A DNA stretch of 62,425 nucleotides, filler included, from Diploschistes diacapsis (GCA_023645945.1; 15 parts of 15 records of this genome joined end to end with filler, not necessarily neighbours in it), one strand, 5' to 3'. Shown: positions 37,432 to 51,046, counted from the whole stretch's first letter. Translations and numbers: made by a program. Notes: a model not told the origin generated them from the sequence alone.

Positions 37432-39773
37432 ATGAACCGAGCCAGCCAGGTGCTGGTTCAAGGTCTGCCTCCCCATCAGCCTCTCGCTATCCTCCACCAT
37501 CGTGTTATCACGAAAGCATCACTCGAGACAGCCATGGTGGTACACACATGAGAAATGGGTTCGCGATATGTTTCAAGGCGCGCGCCACAGCTTATTGATT
37601 GGCCATGATGCATCAGATTCTGTCAGAATATGGTATAGTGGATATTCATGGTAATTTGGCCATTTTGCCTTCCAATCAAACCTCTTAAATCGCAATCTTA
37701 GCGAATGCAACCACGCCGACGGTACACTGCGGCTGCACAGCCAGACCGTGCATCCAGCGACAGGAACCCCACCAGGTTCTATCCCCTCGGAAATATGCCT
37801 TGCTGCTGGTATATATGTTCAAAACGTCGCTCTGGAGATTCTCGTGCAACTCTGCTGTTTTGGATATACTTGTACCCGAGTTATGGCTTCAACAAATGAT
37901 AAATACTTATGCAACGGGATTCCCGTCGACCACCGTCTAAAGCGATTTCTTTCAAGTACCAAGCGGAAGCATTCTCAAGGAGTCGGAAAACATGCAGACA
38001 TGGTCGAGAGCTTTGGCAACACCATGGTCCGCGATGACCAGACCTATCCTTCCAAAAACGAAGCGGATTTCGCCGCATGGCTCGCCAAACCAGACATGCA
38101 AGGCGGTCTTGTAATTGCGCTGTTGCAACCCGCTAAGACGCAGGTCTACACTACAGACTTTCAGGGGGTCAAGGACGAATGTCCTACGCTGGCTTATCTG
38201 GAGGAGGCGCTGGCCTTTGTGAGTGGCCCGGGAGGTCTCGTGACCACGAGCGTATTCGATGCTTTTCCATTCATCACCGAGCCAATATCTTCGGAAGGGT
38301 TGTCAAAAGAAGCGATAAATGCCTATAATACATTCCTTGACATGCTAGAGGCCAAAAAGCCAGAGGTTGTTTTTGCCTGTTGGCGGGTTAATGGTCAGGA
38401 CCTCTTGTTCTCTGGAAAAGGGCTTGGTCGGTCCACTCAAGTAGAGAGCTTGCGACTCTCCAATGGCCATGTCGTCCGCGTCGTGAATGGATTCCATCCC
38501 AGCTACACTGCCAACTTCTGTGCAAATGAAAGCTGCTTCCGGAGATTATTCACTATGGAGTTGTGCAAGGCGTTTTGCGAACTAAATACAGCTTGGCAAG
38601 AAGATAAGTGGATGGATATCCTTAGATGGAAGTGCCAAGGACGGGCCCGCCAATTAATAAAAGGTTAGTTTTACTTTTCCTTGTATTATAATACGCTAAC
38701 TTCTTATAGAGAAAGGCAGAGATGGCGAACAGCTTAATAGAGGAGGTGGTCGAGTTCTTCCAGGATCACGGGAAGACGACTCTGCTAGGAAATACAAGGC
38801 ATACATCAAATCATTCGATAATGGTCTGCAGCGTCTCAAACAGACCTTTAAACATATGGTCTCACCAGCGTATGAATCTCAAAGCTCGTGGGATCTTTAT
38901 GCTTTTTTCGTTTTCAGCCAAAATACATCAGAAGGCATCTACGATGCTCTACTAGCTGTCTCTGAGGCAACAAAACGGTTCAAACCTGGAACTTCAATGC
39001 CAGACCCTTCGCTCGTAGAGCTAAGCGATCACATCAGTTGGCAAACTCTCAAGTTCCTTTTGGATGATATTCCAGATCTTTTGCAGTATCCCAAGGGTTT
39101 ACACAAAAATATCTGGAGTTCCCAGTTTGCGACGAGCACATCTCGAGGATTAAAGTGGAACATGGAGGAGAGTACGATAAAGTTTATCGAGAATCTTACC
39201 AATTCGTTCTCTCAATCATCAAAATCATGGATATATATTCCGGACCTTCTTCACCACGCTTTCAAAGAAATTGCAATCAACTTCGAGGAGTCTCTGGGCG
39301 AAGAGTACGACGATCATCGACAAAATAGAGCAGCAAGTGTTTTGAACAGTGTTGATACTCTAGGCGCATCTCTTTACCCGCTATCGCTTTCGACCTCTCG
39401 AGATGCGGGTTCGGCAAAGTTGGCTGGAAACACAGTTCCTATAAGATCTTCTTCAAGTGCGATTTGCTACAATTGTGATCAACTCGGTCACTATTCTGCA
39501 AATTGTATGAGTCCCAAGAAAGGAAGCAAAACTCTATCAATATCTTATTCGAGTGTGATTTGCTACAATTGTGATCAACTCGGTCACTATTCTGCGAATT
39601 GTATGAGTCCCAAGAAAGGAAGCAAAACTCTATCAACATCTTATTCGAGTGCGATTTGCTACAATTGTGATCAACTCGGTCACTATTCTGCGAATTGTAC
39701 GCGTCCCAAGAAACGAGGAGAGTGCTTTAGGTGCGGCGGAGTTGGGCATTATGCTAATGCGTGCAGTGTGTGA
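37432..39773 (+). CDS. Hypothetical protein with UDG-superfamily-like domain and four C-terminal CCHC zinc knuckles
   Basis: ORFs 37748-38668 and 38856-39773 join in frame through a GT-AG intron at about 38664-38708. FDAFPF...VVNGFHPSY motif; four CxxCxxxxHxxxxC knuckles. 5' exons uncertain. Confidence 0.7.
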
Positions 39774-40255
39774 TCTCAAATGACGCCAGCACTGGCAGAA
39801 CAGCGTAACGTGGGATATCAAATCCTTTATTTTTATCCCATGTAGGTTACTGCATTCTGTGTAATGAAGCTTATTCTTTATGCATTCCCACGTCTGTCAC
39901 CTTGTTTGCAGCCAAAAGGTTGTCGTTACTATGGACATATGTACTTCCCGCTCCTGCAAATGGAGGAGAAAGTTGCTTCGCAGCCTCCATACTCCCGCGG
40001 TATGTCTGTAGTAACTCTTAGCGGATGAATAAAGTCCTGATATAAGTTTTGAAAGGAGTGAAAGAAACTATCATTTCATTTTAGTATTAAGGAGTAACGC
40101 TTTGAATATTCCATATCGACAAGATTGTAATTCTTACGTCTTCTTACTTTCCCTTCTAAAATTATAAAGAACAGCTCCCGTGAGAAGTTAAATTTCTTCC
40201 TTTCTGTTATCTTGATTAATATGTTCTTAAAGGTCGGAAATAGTATCAAACAATA

Positions 40256-41201
40256 ACGTATATGCATAGCGAGCGGACACTTATAGCGAGCGAATACCCT
40301 CCATCCGATTTTACGAACTTTCAACTTTTATATCAATTTTCTATACGTACGATTATAGAATTATCTTTAATTAAAAATAGAATTATAATAACACTTTAGA
40401 CTATTAAATAAGACTTAAATCTTAATATAAAACGCGCATTTTAGATATATAAGATTTCTCGTACGACGCTTATTGTTCGACGCGATGATCGTACTTTAAG
40501 ATACGATATCTTAATTAACTTAATAAATTTAATCGTGTTAAAAAAAGAAACGATTCTTAAACGTACGATTAATTTAATAGAATATAATTTTCCGCCGTGT
40601 TAAAACGATATACGCGATATCATTAATTTAATAGGCGTAACTCGAAATACGCGGCCGATTGAACCACGATAGGTATAAATTTTCGTATAAAAACAAGAAA
40701 TACTTAAAATACGATTTTAACGTAAAATCGATTATTAAAAAGTATTAATTAAAGATTCATAAATCGTACGAAACTAATTCGACCTCGTGCGTAACGTAAT
40801 TATTAAATATAATATTCTCGATTCGGATATATATAATTTGACGTAACCGGCTTTCTCATAGGAATATTAGGCCATATAAAGGTCGCAACTACTTCAGATC
40901 GCAAAAATAAACCTCGTACAAAGCAACCCGGTAATCGAAAATGGGTTTTAATTATCTAAATTATCTACGCGGACGGTTAAACGCTGTCTCCGTACGTAAT
41001 TATAAAGAATAAATATCATTTCCTTTCTTAATATTAAAATGGCGATTTATCCGATACATAACGCGTACGACTTAATAAAAACGGATAGACTATTAATAAA
41101 ATTAATTTAAATTAACTAAAGCACTTTTAAAACTATTTAATACCTCGTACGATAAATAAATATCGTCTATTAATCCTTAATGGTTATAATAGTCATCGTA
41201 C
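40256..41201 (+). mobile_element. RIP-degraded pogo/Fot1 DDE transposon (5' part)
   Basis: TA + ACGTATATGCATAGCGAGCGG TIR. Transposase relics YN.D.TGF, QPGNR.WV and LIL.G..SH.T. Same family at 47070-47688 (right TIR) and 55895. Confidence 0.85.
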
Positions 41202-41301
41202 NNNNNNNNNNNNNNNNNNNNNNNNNNNNNNNNNNNNNNNNNNNNTTAATTAATTAANNNNNNNNNNNNNNNNNNNNNNNNNNNNNNNNNNNNNNNNNNN
41301 N

Positions 41302-42142
41302 TTATAATATAGTATCCGTGATAGTGTCGTGTTTTAAATTTTTTGGCGGTAATGTCCGTAGAAGTATCCGTGTTTTAAAATTTTTAATTATAATATCCGT
41401 GTTCGTGCTTTTATTATAGTATAGTATCCGTGGAAGTATCCGTGTTTTAAATTTTTAACGGTAATGTCCGTGGTAGTATCGTGTTTTAAAAATTTTCTCG
41501 GTAGTGTCCGTGGAAGTGTCCGTGGCACGAAACGGCCAGCCTAGTCAAGAGGATCTTCTTTAACGGAATAAATAGGCTGGCCGTTTCGTGCCACTGACAC
41601 TGACAATGACACCGCAGCAAAAATTTTCTCGGCACGGACATTGACACTGATACTACACTACAGTAAAAGCATGGACACGGACACCGCAACTAAAAAATCT
41701 AAAACACTGATACTAACACGGATACTACATTGTAGTAAAAACACGGACACGGACACCGCAGCAAAAAAATCTAAAATATTGATATAAAGACGGACACTAT
41801 AGTTGCAGTAAAATCACCGAAACACCACGATGAAATTTTTTTAAAAAAATAAAAGCGTAAGAAATAGACGTGATAATTTTATAATTATAAACATAAATTT
41901 TTTTTTTAAAAGCGTTTCGATAAATATATGGATACGAATATTATAATAAAAAATTTTCCATACGAACACTAATACGGATATAATATTATAATAAAAGCAC
42001 GAATACGGACATTTTACTAAAAATTTTAAAATATTAATATTAATACGGATACCGCAGCTAAAAAATCTAAAACACTGACATTAACACTGTCAGTGTCCGT
42101 GTTACTGACACGGCCGTGTCAGTGTCAGTGACGGCCAGCCTA
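41302..42142. mobile_element. Two adjacent hAT-like MITEs (41302-41543 partial; 41573-42142)
   Basis: TAGGCTGGCCGT...ACGGCCAGCCTA TIRs with ACGGACAC subterminal repeats. Confidence 0.8.
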
Positions 42143-42329
42143 GTTCAAATCATTTGTTGGTGTAGAAGATGGATGTCAAAAGCTACTGAGGGCAGCAGGC
42201 CCTTTATAGCTATAAGTGGGTGGATGCCTAATGGCATCTATCTTGTCGTCACAAGCGACAGCGGCGAAAGTAAGTGCAAGCGAACCTAGCAATCTAGTAG
42301 TAGTAAGCACGTTATTATAATATTTCCGG

Positions 42330-43786
42330 ATATAATAAGCTTATGTTTCTATAAATAATATCTATTATAAGTATTAAAATAGCGAGATAAACCCTCGATA
42401 TTTCGGCCTAAAATATTTTAATAATATGCTTATTATTACTTCTTTTTTCCATTTTCGGAGCAACTTTTGCTCGTTTTATCGAGACTATTTCTATGGCGTA
42501 GACATAATTTTAGTCTTATATTTCTAGTAGCCCTGTATTCACGGCGGTATTATGTCTCGTTTTGAATTTGACGATTCGGTTTGTTAAATATTTTTGTAAT
42601 TCTCGTTCGGTAATCTATATGTTGTCGATGATATTATATTTTAATTAGCGTTTTAAGAATTGCGTATTTATTCGCGTTTTTTACGTATGCGGCGTTTAAT
42701 TAATAGTCGTTTTATTTCGTATTTCTCGTGGATCTTTATTGTTATAGATGGTCGCGGTAAAGATCGTTTGTAGTAAAGGTCGTTAGCGGGGTTTAATATC
42801 GGTTTAAGGTGTGCGATGTTAATGATATCGTAAATATAATAATGGTCCGGTAGTTATAGTTTGTAATTAATTTATTAATGCGTTCTAAGATTTTGAAAGG
42901 TTTAGTAAATTGAGCGGAAAGTTTGATATTGATTATAATAGGCAGCTTGTATTTACGATGTAGACATAATATGGCGTAATCTCTTACTTTTATGAAATAA
43001 GCCTTATAACGTTTGTCGTAAGTTTCTTTTATAATAATTTTAATTATAGTTAGTGCGTTCTTGGCGTTTATTATTTTTAAACAAGATTTAATTAGTTTTA
43101 CGATTTCATAACGTTTGTGTTGTCGTTCTCGTAATCGTGTATTTTGGATTTATAGGATAAATGTTATATCGCGAGTTTTAGGTTCTGATGTCGGCTCGTT
43201 GATAGGTGCTTGATTTTATCGGTTTAGGTTTGGTATAGCTGTAGCTGTCGGTATTAATATTCTTTTTAAAGGATGTTTTTTATTATTAGGGTTATTTTGA
43301 TCGGTTACGTGTTTCGTGTGTTTCGTGGAGTGTTATTCTTATCTGGCCCAGGTACCTCTGTCGGCGGTGTATGTTTTTTTTAAGTTCTTGTAGGTATCCG
43401 TATTTTTATATCGGGTACTCGTTTCGGTTATATAGTTATTTGGTTTCGTGTTGTAGGGTATACTTTTATCGTCAATAGGTTAATATCCGGAACGGTATGT
43501 TTTATAAATGTTTTATCGTTAGTTAATGGTTTTAATTCGGATGGATTTATTTATGATTTTAGAACGGCTAAATCTAGAGGTTCTCGTAAACGAAATTCAT
43601 AAAAGATTTTAAAAGGATTTAATCGCGTAATATTAAAATTCGTAGAATTATTGATGGCAAATGGAATATAGATAAGTTCGAGAATTTAATTACGCTCGGT
43701 TTAGAATTAGTTAATATAATATGTTAATATAATTTTAATTGTCTGGTTGATACGTTCGATTATGTTATTTATTTAGAAATGATAGG
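42330..43786 (-). mobile_element. RIP-degraded Gypsy integrase region
   Basis: Minus-strand relics YH....IERINQTI and FKILERI...Y.L.LP....I..IINIAHLKP. Confidence 0.75.
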
Positions 43787-45479
43787 TAACGTGTTTTACG
43801 GGGATTCCGGCCATCTCAAATCATTATTTCATCTTACATTCGATCTTTTTCAATAATGACTACCTCNNNNNNNNNNNNNNNNNNNNNNNNNNNNNNNNNN
43901 NNNNNNNNNNTTAATTAATTAANNNNNNNNNNNNNNNNNNNNNNNNNNNNNNNNNNNNNNNNNNNNGTTGATAGTAAGATATGGACGGTATAGGATGAAA
44001 AAGATACGTAGATGGTATTTATATTTTAATTATATAATAAAAGAGACGTTAGGAGATTTAGGCCTGAGTTACTTCACGGGGCGCAGAAGTTTAAGCGCGT
44101 AAAAAGGACCGTTTTATTTTAATATGTAAGAGTTTAGAAAGATTACTCGATGTTTAATATTGTTGTTTCTAGTACGTAGGAATAGTTTTTTATTACGTAT
44201 AAAGATTTAATTTTTGGTTTTTTCTCGCCATTGGGATTATATAATATGTATAAAAGGATTTCTTACGTTTTTGTTGGTGTTATATCGATTATTAGGTTAA
44301 GAGTAATCTCGGATGTATTAGTAGAACGACGTCGGTAAATTAATCCGGCTATAATAAGAAAGTAGATGCAAATTTTTCGTTCTGAAACCAAAGATGCTTA
44401 TTTTAGGGAATGAGTGGTTAAGGCTTTTAGGGGTTTTGAAAATCATTATATAGTAATGCGTTAAGAAGAGTACGCCGCGTTTTATGATTAGGGTAAGAGC
44501 TTTTTTTTAGCTTTTATGAAAACGTAATTCGACTGTTAAACGGTATTAAAGAGAACGCCTCTTCCGGACGAGGAGGAGGAGGAGGTGGAAGAGAGGGAGG
44601 AGGAGGAGGAGGAGGAAGTGGAAGAAAAGTGGGTAACGTGAGAAGAAAAGTGGGTATTATAGGACCTTAGGGGTCTATAATTATAATAGGATAGAATAAG
44701 ATAAAGTCTGTTTGTTTATTTATGTGGCCGTTCGGCTATTTACTGGCTGGTTGATCTATTAATTTTATAGTAGGTTTGCTTTTCTGTTTATCTGTCTGGT
44801 ATTTATTTGTATGTTTGCTTGTTTATTTTTTTATGTGATTGATTTTTCTGTTTTGTGTTTTTTTGCTTGCTTTATGTTTATGTATTGACCTATTTATCTA
44901 CCTTTTGTTTACTTGCTTGCTACCGTTTATCTAAGAGATGTGGTCGGAGAAGAAATAGGAGAAAAAGGAGGGCGGCGGACGTGCTACTTGATATAACTGC
45001 CTGGAGGAATACCTATAGATGGGATAGATATAGCGGAAGTTAGGAATGATTTTAAATAATTATCGTTTTATTATTTAACTAATAAAACGGAGTATGGTAT
45101 AAATACGGTGAAAGTTAAGGATATTTTTAAATAATTATCGTTCTTTTATCTTCGTGATTCGAGAAAATAGAATGTAGGGGATTAAGTTTAGCAGCGTTAT
45201 TACGTCTAGAAGCATTATTACGTCGAGGAAGAAGTATTAAAGAAGATAGATTTCTGAGTATTACCGTTATTTAGAAGGTATAGAATTACGTTAAGATAAA
45301 AAAATAACGGGATTTAGGTTTTTTACTAAAAAGATTTGTATAGAATTCGCTATAAGGCAGCGAATTATTAAGGGGGGGGTCGTATATAAATATAAAAGTA
45401 AATTATGGATTTAGTGAGGGGCGAGTTCCTTAAAGCAGTTCTATATAAAAAGGTCTGTTAGATAATTCTAGATAATCAA

Positions 45480-46529
45480 TGCATCCTATATCTTATAAAT
45501 GTCCTATTTGGGTATGTTGTTGATTACGAGATCATATTATATTCACTTATTACACCACCTACGACTACCTATCTACTACAGCAAGGGAAGTCTCCCTAGA
45601 CAGCGCGCCTTGTGTTTATACTATATATCCGATTCTCGTCTTTCCGTACTATTAAATATAGTAGGCTATGGAATAACAGTAGTAGACCGTATATACCTTC
45701 TTTTTTTAACGTTTTTATTTTATAGGAGCCGTTATTCTTCGATCGTCTTTTCTTTCAATATCCTGCGTCGTTTGTTAAATTTCAAATCTAAAAGGTTTCT
45801 TCGTTCAAATACATCCTTCTATTGTTTAATAGGGCGTTCCTTAATTGCTGTATTAGTCTCATATATATTATATATATCTTAATAATTAGCCTCGTATGAC
45901 TGAATAAAAAAACGATCCATCATCTTTTCGTCATTTTCTTCTTTCTCGAAATCTTTAGGCCCAAATCCAGTATTAATCACATTATAGGCTGATATCTGAT
46001 ATAAGGACTTAGTCTGGACCTACTATAAAGGACGAGTGTTCGAAAGGGTTTTATTCTTATAGATCTTTTTCTAATTATTAATTTAGGATATGAGTTTTTT
46101 TATTATCGTGTCCTGGTTATATAGGTTGACCTATTGTGTTTATGGATGGTTATTCGGATCAATAAAGATCTTATTTTTTTATATATGGATATCCCTATTC
46201 TGGAAAAGCGGCTATAATAATAGACAGCGTATCTTATAATAATCATCTTTTTGACAGAAGTAACAGGTTGTAGGGTCTTAATTGAATATAAGATCCTAGA
46301 ATGCTCTGTTTTGATTGAACTAGACGGGCGGAGGACGAATTATTTAAGATTAATAGGATCTGTTAAGAGCTGAATAAGACGCGTTAGAAATAAAAGACCG
46401 ATATAGATCGTTAATAACGAACGTATAATTAATTTACGCGTTTAGAATCATATTTTTAAAATCTCTTATTATTCTTTCCTTCTTTTTTTTAAACATATCC
46501 TTATTCTTTTTTATAAACTTGTTTATAAG
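45480..46529 (-). mobile_element. RIP-degraded retroelement gag-like remnant
   Basis: Minus-strand CYFCQKDDYYKIRC near 46225-46266, a degenerate CCHC knuckle, in AT-rich stop-laden sequence. Confidence 0.45.
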
Positions 46530-47069
46530 NNNNNNNNNNNNNNNNNNNNNNNNNNNNNNNNNNNNNNNNNNNNTTAATTAATTAANNNNNNNNNNNNNNN
46601 NNNNNNNNNNNNNNNNNNNNNNNNNNNNNCCTCTCACCTCCCATCTTTACTAACGCTATCTTCATCTTCATTCACTACCTCCTACAATAGTAATACATTA
46701 CTATTGTACTTAGCATTATTTCCCTAGTCATTACTTGCCTATTTAGTCACCACACTTCCACTTTTCAACACAAAGGATTAAGATGATAACGATATAGATC
46801 GAGTTAATCATTTAGTTTATTTTAATAAATAAAAAGAAGATTATAAAGGTGGTTTTGGAGGACTAAAATAAGAAAGGAAGAAATAATTGTAAGGTTAAGC
46901 GAGGAGCACGCCAAGAGTCGGACAAGCGGCGCTCAGGGTCTTGGCTTGCTGGTACTTGAAGGGGGATTTTGCCCTTCTTACTCTCTCCTCTTCTTTAGTA
47001 ATTAGTCCTAGCATGAACCTGCCCTGCGTATAGCCATCTTGCCATATTGTCGTATTCTACCCCTTACAA

Positions 47070-47688
47070 CGAAATTAATTCGACCTCGTACGTAACATAA
47101 TTAACAAATATGATATTCTCGATTCGAATACGACGAAACCGGCTTTCTAATAAGAATATTAGGCCATATAAAGATCGTAACTACTTTAAATCGCAAAAAT
47201 AAACCTCGTACGAAGCAACCCGATAATCGAGAATAGATTTCTATTATCTAAACCATCTACGCGGACGATTATACGTTAAATAATAATTCTTAAAACCGAG
47301 ATCAAGACACTTCGTACGACGAATAAAATACTTAACAAACGAAAAAGAATTAAAAAAACGCGCGTACAAGCTAAAAGATAATTTAACGCATCAGAAGCAA
47401 TCGCATTACAGTCTTTAAAGGTCGAAATTCGTACAAAAAAAGCTAATATGTCTAAAAATAAAGGTCGTACGAAAGAAATCGGATTACGCGTACGACGCTA
47501 TAACAAATATAATTAATCCGGGTATAATACGCGAACTTACGAAATAGAATCTATAACTTTCAAAAAAGATATTAATAATTAATATAATGAATTATCGTAA
47601 GAATTGATTGCGTAAATATAATTATAACTCGTACGAATCGAGAAGGGTATCCGCTCGCTATAAGTGTCCGCTCGCTATGCATATACGT
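47070..47688 (+). mobile_element. Internally deleted pogo/Fot1 transposon 3' end
   Basis: Matches 40770-40990 and ends in CCGCTCGCTATGCATATACGT + TA. Confidence 0.8.
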
Positions 47689-48089
47689 TATATATATATA
47701 AATAACGCGATATAACGCTTATAAAAAGCCCCCTTAATACTTATCGTATTTTCCGTACCGCCGTTCCTTTACCGCCGCCTCTCGCCGCTACTCCTAATCC
47801 TCGCAACTATCCCGCGAATAACGTTCCCCATTTTCTAATAAGTAACTTATATAAACATACCGCAAATTATCGTATCTCGAATCATTTTTCTTTTCTTATT
47901 AACGACGACGGGCATTTCCGTTATTTATTGTTTGCGCCGGCGTCGATATCGAAAATATTCTATCCGACCGCTTTTCTCTATACGCGATTAAACGGTATGA
48001 AAAAAAGCGAAAATATCGACGATCGCATCGAAAGAAATAAACGACGAAATAAACAAAAGCGAAGGAATTACGACGGCGATATAAATAAA

Positions 48090-49007
48090 TGTCAGAATAC
48101 TAACCTAAATAGGTTAGTCAGGTTGCTTATTAGGTTTTTTAATGTGTCCGAATATTCTAGAAGGTTCTAGAAGGTTGTAGAAGGGTTTAAATTATTCTAA
48201 AACACAATAAAATACCCTAGAATACTCTAGAATATTCGGCTTACTAATGCATGGGATAGTTTAAAAGGATGGAGAACATTCTAGAATAATGATTACTAAT
48301 CAAACTAGCGTGAAATGTGCCTATAAAAGGCCTCTCACCCTCCATCGTTCTTAATTATAACCTTTAACCTAGGCTGGCCGTTTCGTGCAATAAAAGCACG
48401 GACACGGACACCGCAACTAAAAATTTTAAAACATTGACATTAACACGGACATTATACTTTCGTGAATCCACGGACACTACAATTGCAGTGAATTCACCGA
48501 AACACCGTAATATAATTTTATTAAAAAAAATAAAAGCGTAAGAAATAGGCGTGATAATTCCAGAATTATTAAAAAAAATTTTTATTTAAAAGTAGGCTGG
48601 CCGTTTCGTGCCACGGTTATTAACACGGACATTATAGCAAAAGTTTTCTTGGCACGGACATTAACACGGACATTATATTACAGTAAAAGCACGAACACGG
48701 ATACCGCAATTAGAAATTTTAAAATCTTGATATTAACACGGACATTACATTTCCGTAAATCCACGGACACGGACACCGCAGCTAAAAAATCTAAAATACT
48801 GACATTGACACCGTCAGTATCCGTATCACGGACACGGCCGTGTCAGTGTTAGTAACGGCCAGCCTACTTTAACCTCTTCAATATCTTTACTATATAATAG
48901 TTAGTTACCAGGCTAGGCAGGCTAGGGATAATTCCCTAGTTAGGACTAGTTGTAGAATACACTCTTAGTCATCAGTTACCTATTAGGAACTTCCACCACT
49001 TTCAACA
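48090..49007 (+). mobile_element. Solo LTR containing a nested hAT-like MITE
   Basis: TGTCAGAATAC...CACTTTCAACA termini; flanks ATAAA/ATGAA form a 5-bp TSD with one G/A change. Same 5' end at 15473 and a similar 3' end at about 46769. Confidence 0.75.
48370..48866. mobile_element. hAT-like MITE with perfect 8-bp TSD
   Basis: CTTTAACC on both sides and TAGGCTGGCCGT TIRs. A second internal left end at 48593. Confidence 0.88.
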
Positions 49008-50446
49008 ATGAAAAAACGCGAAAGATGCGAAAAACGACGATTTATAATTATAACGTGTTTGACGGGGATTCCGGCCACCCCCAGATTCCGGCCACCTCAA
49101 ATCATTACCGCTAACATTCTACGGTTTTTAAATATAACCTGTTTGTCGTAATTAGAATCTAATCGATCCGAATTAAATTTATTTTCTTTNNNNNNNNNNN
49201 NNNNNNNNNNNNNNNNNNNNNNNNNNNNNNNNNTTAATTAATTAANNNNNNNNNNNNNNNNNNNNNNNNNNNNNNNNNNNNNNNNNNNNATTCAGCCTAC
49301 AGATTGCAGCTACACGTGATCCTTTCAGATTAGGCTCAGCCCCTGGTTGTGTAGTATTCCTGTAGGGGCGTTCTACATTCGAAAAGGTGAAGAAGGAACT
49401 ATCTAGGTGGGAGCAGGGCACATATAAATACTGGGTGCCAGCCCTACCAGCCCTACCAGGGTTCAACCCTTGAACCCACAAACGTTCAGGATGTTCCAGA
49501 CGTGTTTATATAAAAAATATAAACATCCGTTTTATTCCATATATATAAACCTAAAGAACTACCGAGACAATAAATGCATAATCTTAATACATCACGACTA
49601 AAAACTTAAAAACAGTATAATTCAACGACTTAATTTATCTAACGAAGATCTTATGTATCTAATACATGCTTTATAAAATTATCGCTTTTATAAAACTGCA
49701 AGCTACAAATATCACGATAAAGGATCCTACCCAACCAATAAAGAAATTATGGAAAAAGCTAGAGCTTTTTAGTTATAAACCAAACTAAAAAGCTATATAT
49801 CACAAATATAAGCAATAGTACGCGGGCTTTAAAACGACGAATTTAGATCATTTTCGAGGTCGGACCAGATCGACACGCCATACGGGTATTAATCGATCTA
49901 AATGCCGAAATAAACGCCATCTTAACCGAATATGTATAACGACTAAAAATAAAAAATTACGAATTTAAAAAAAAAGTTATATTCGAAACCGTAACGGATC
50001 GTAACGTTTAACAAATTATTAAACGTATAATTCTATTAACGTCCGAATCCGTAAATATGTTAAAATTTTTATTTTTATTATTATCGAGATAACAGATTAC
50101 GACGTTATTTTAAGAAATTTATAATTAAATATTCATAATTTAACGATTAATTTCAAGATACGGACTTTTAAACTAAACGGATATACGTATATCAATACAT
50201 CCCGCCTATACGTAATCATAACGACTACGGCAGATAAAAAAAATATTATGCGATACTTCTCGAACCGGAATCAAATAAAACCTTAACCAGCAGATTTTAT
50301 TACGAGAAATAAAAACTCATACTAATAGAAATATTAATAAAAAAAAATAACTACCTTTTAGAAATCCTTAAAAGTATTACCAATAATTGTACTTCTTTTA
50401 AGAAGAAACAGACTTACGAGTACTACTTAATCATAAATCTTAAAAC

Positions 50447-51046
50447 TAGGCTGACCGTTTCGTGCCACGGACACTTCCACGGACACTACCGAGAAAATTT
50501 TAAAACACGGACACTTTCACGGACATTACACTGTAGTAAAAGCACGGACACGGACATTATAGCTAAAAAATTTTAAACACGGACATTTTTACGGACATTA
50601 CCGTTATAATTTTTAAAACACGATACTGTCACGGATATTATATTATAATAAATTTATCGAAATATTATCGTGAATCTTCCGAAACACCGCGATAAAAAAA
50701 TAAAAACGTAAAAAATAAACGTAATAATTCTAAAATTATTAAAAAATAAATATTAATTAAAAATATTTCGATGAATGCACGGACACGATAATAAATTTAT
50801 TAATACGGATATTATAATTAAAAATTTTAAAACACGGACATTTCTACGGTTATTATATTATAATAAAAATAACGAACACGGACACTACGGTTAAAAAATT
50901 TAAAACACGGATACTTTCACGGATATTATACTGCAGTAAAAGCACGGACACGGACATTACGGCTGAAAATTTTAAAACACGGACACTACCACGGCCGTGT
51001 CCGTGGCACGGACACGGCCGTGTCAGTGTCCGTGACGGCCAGCCTA
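50447..51046. mobile_element. hAT-like MITE
   Basis: TAGGCTGACCGT...ACGGCCAGCCTA termini with ACGGACAC repeats. Confidence 0.8.

Noticed and set aside
39465..39770. Zinc knuckles as retrotransposon gag
   Set aside because: No protease/RT downstream and no LTR; the knuckles end a spliced gene.
50447..51046. ACGGACAC repeat arrays as a CRISPR-like array
   Set aside because: Short degenerate units, non-unique spacers, bounded by TIRs, eukaryotic context and no cas genes.
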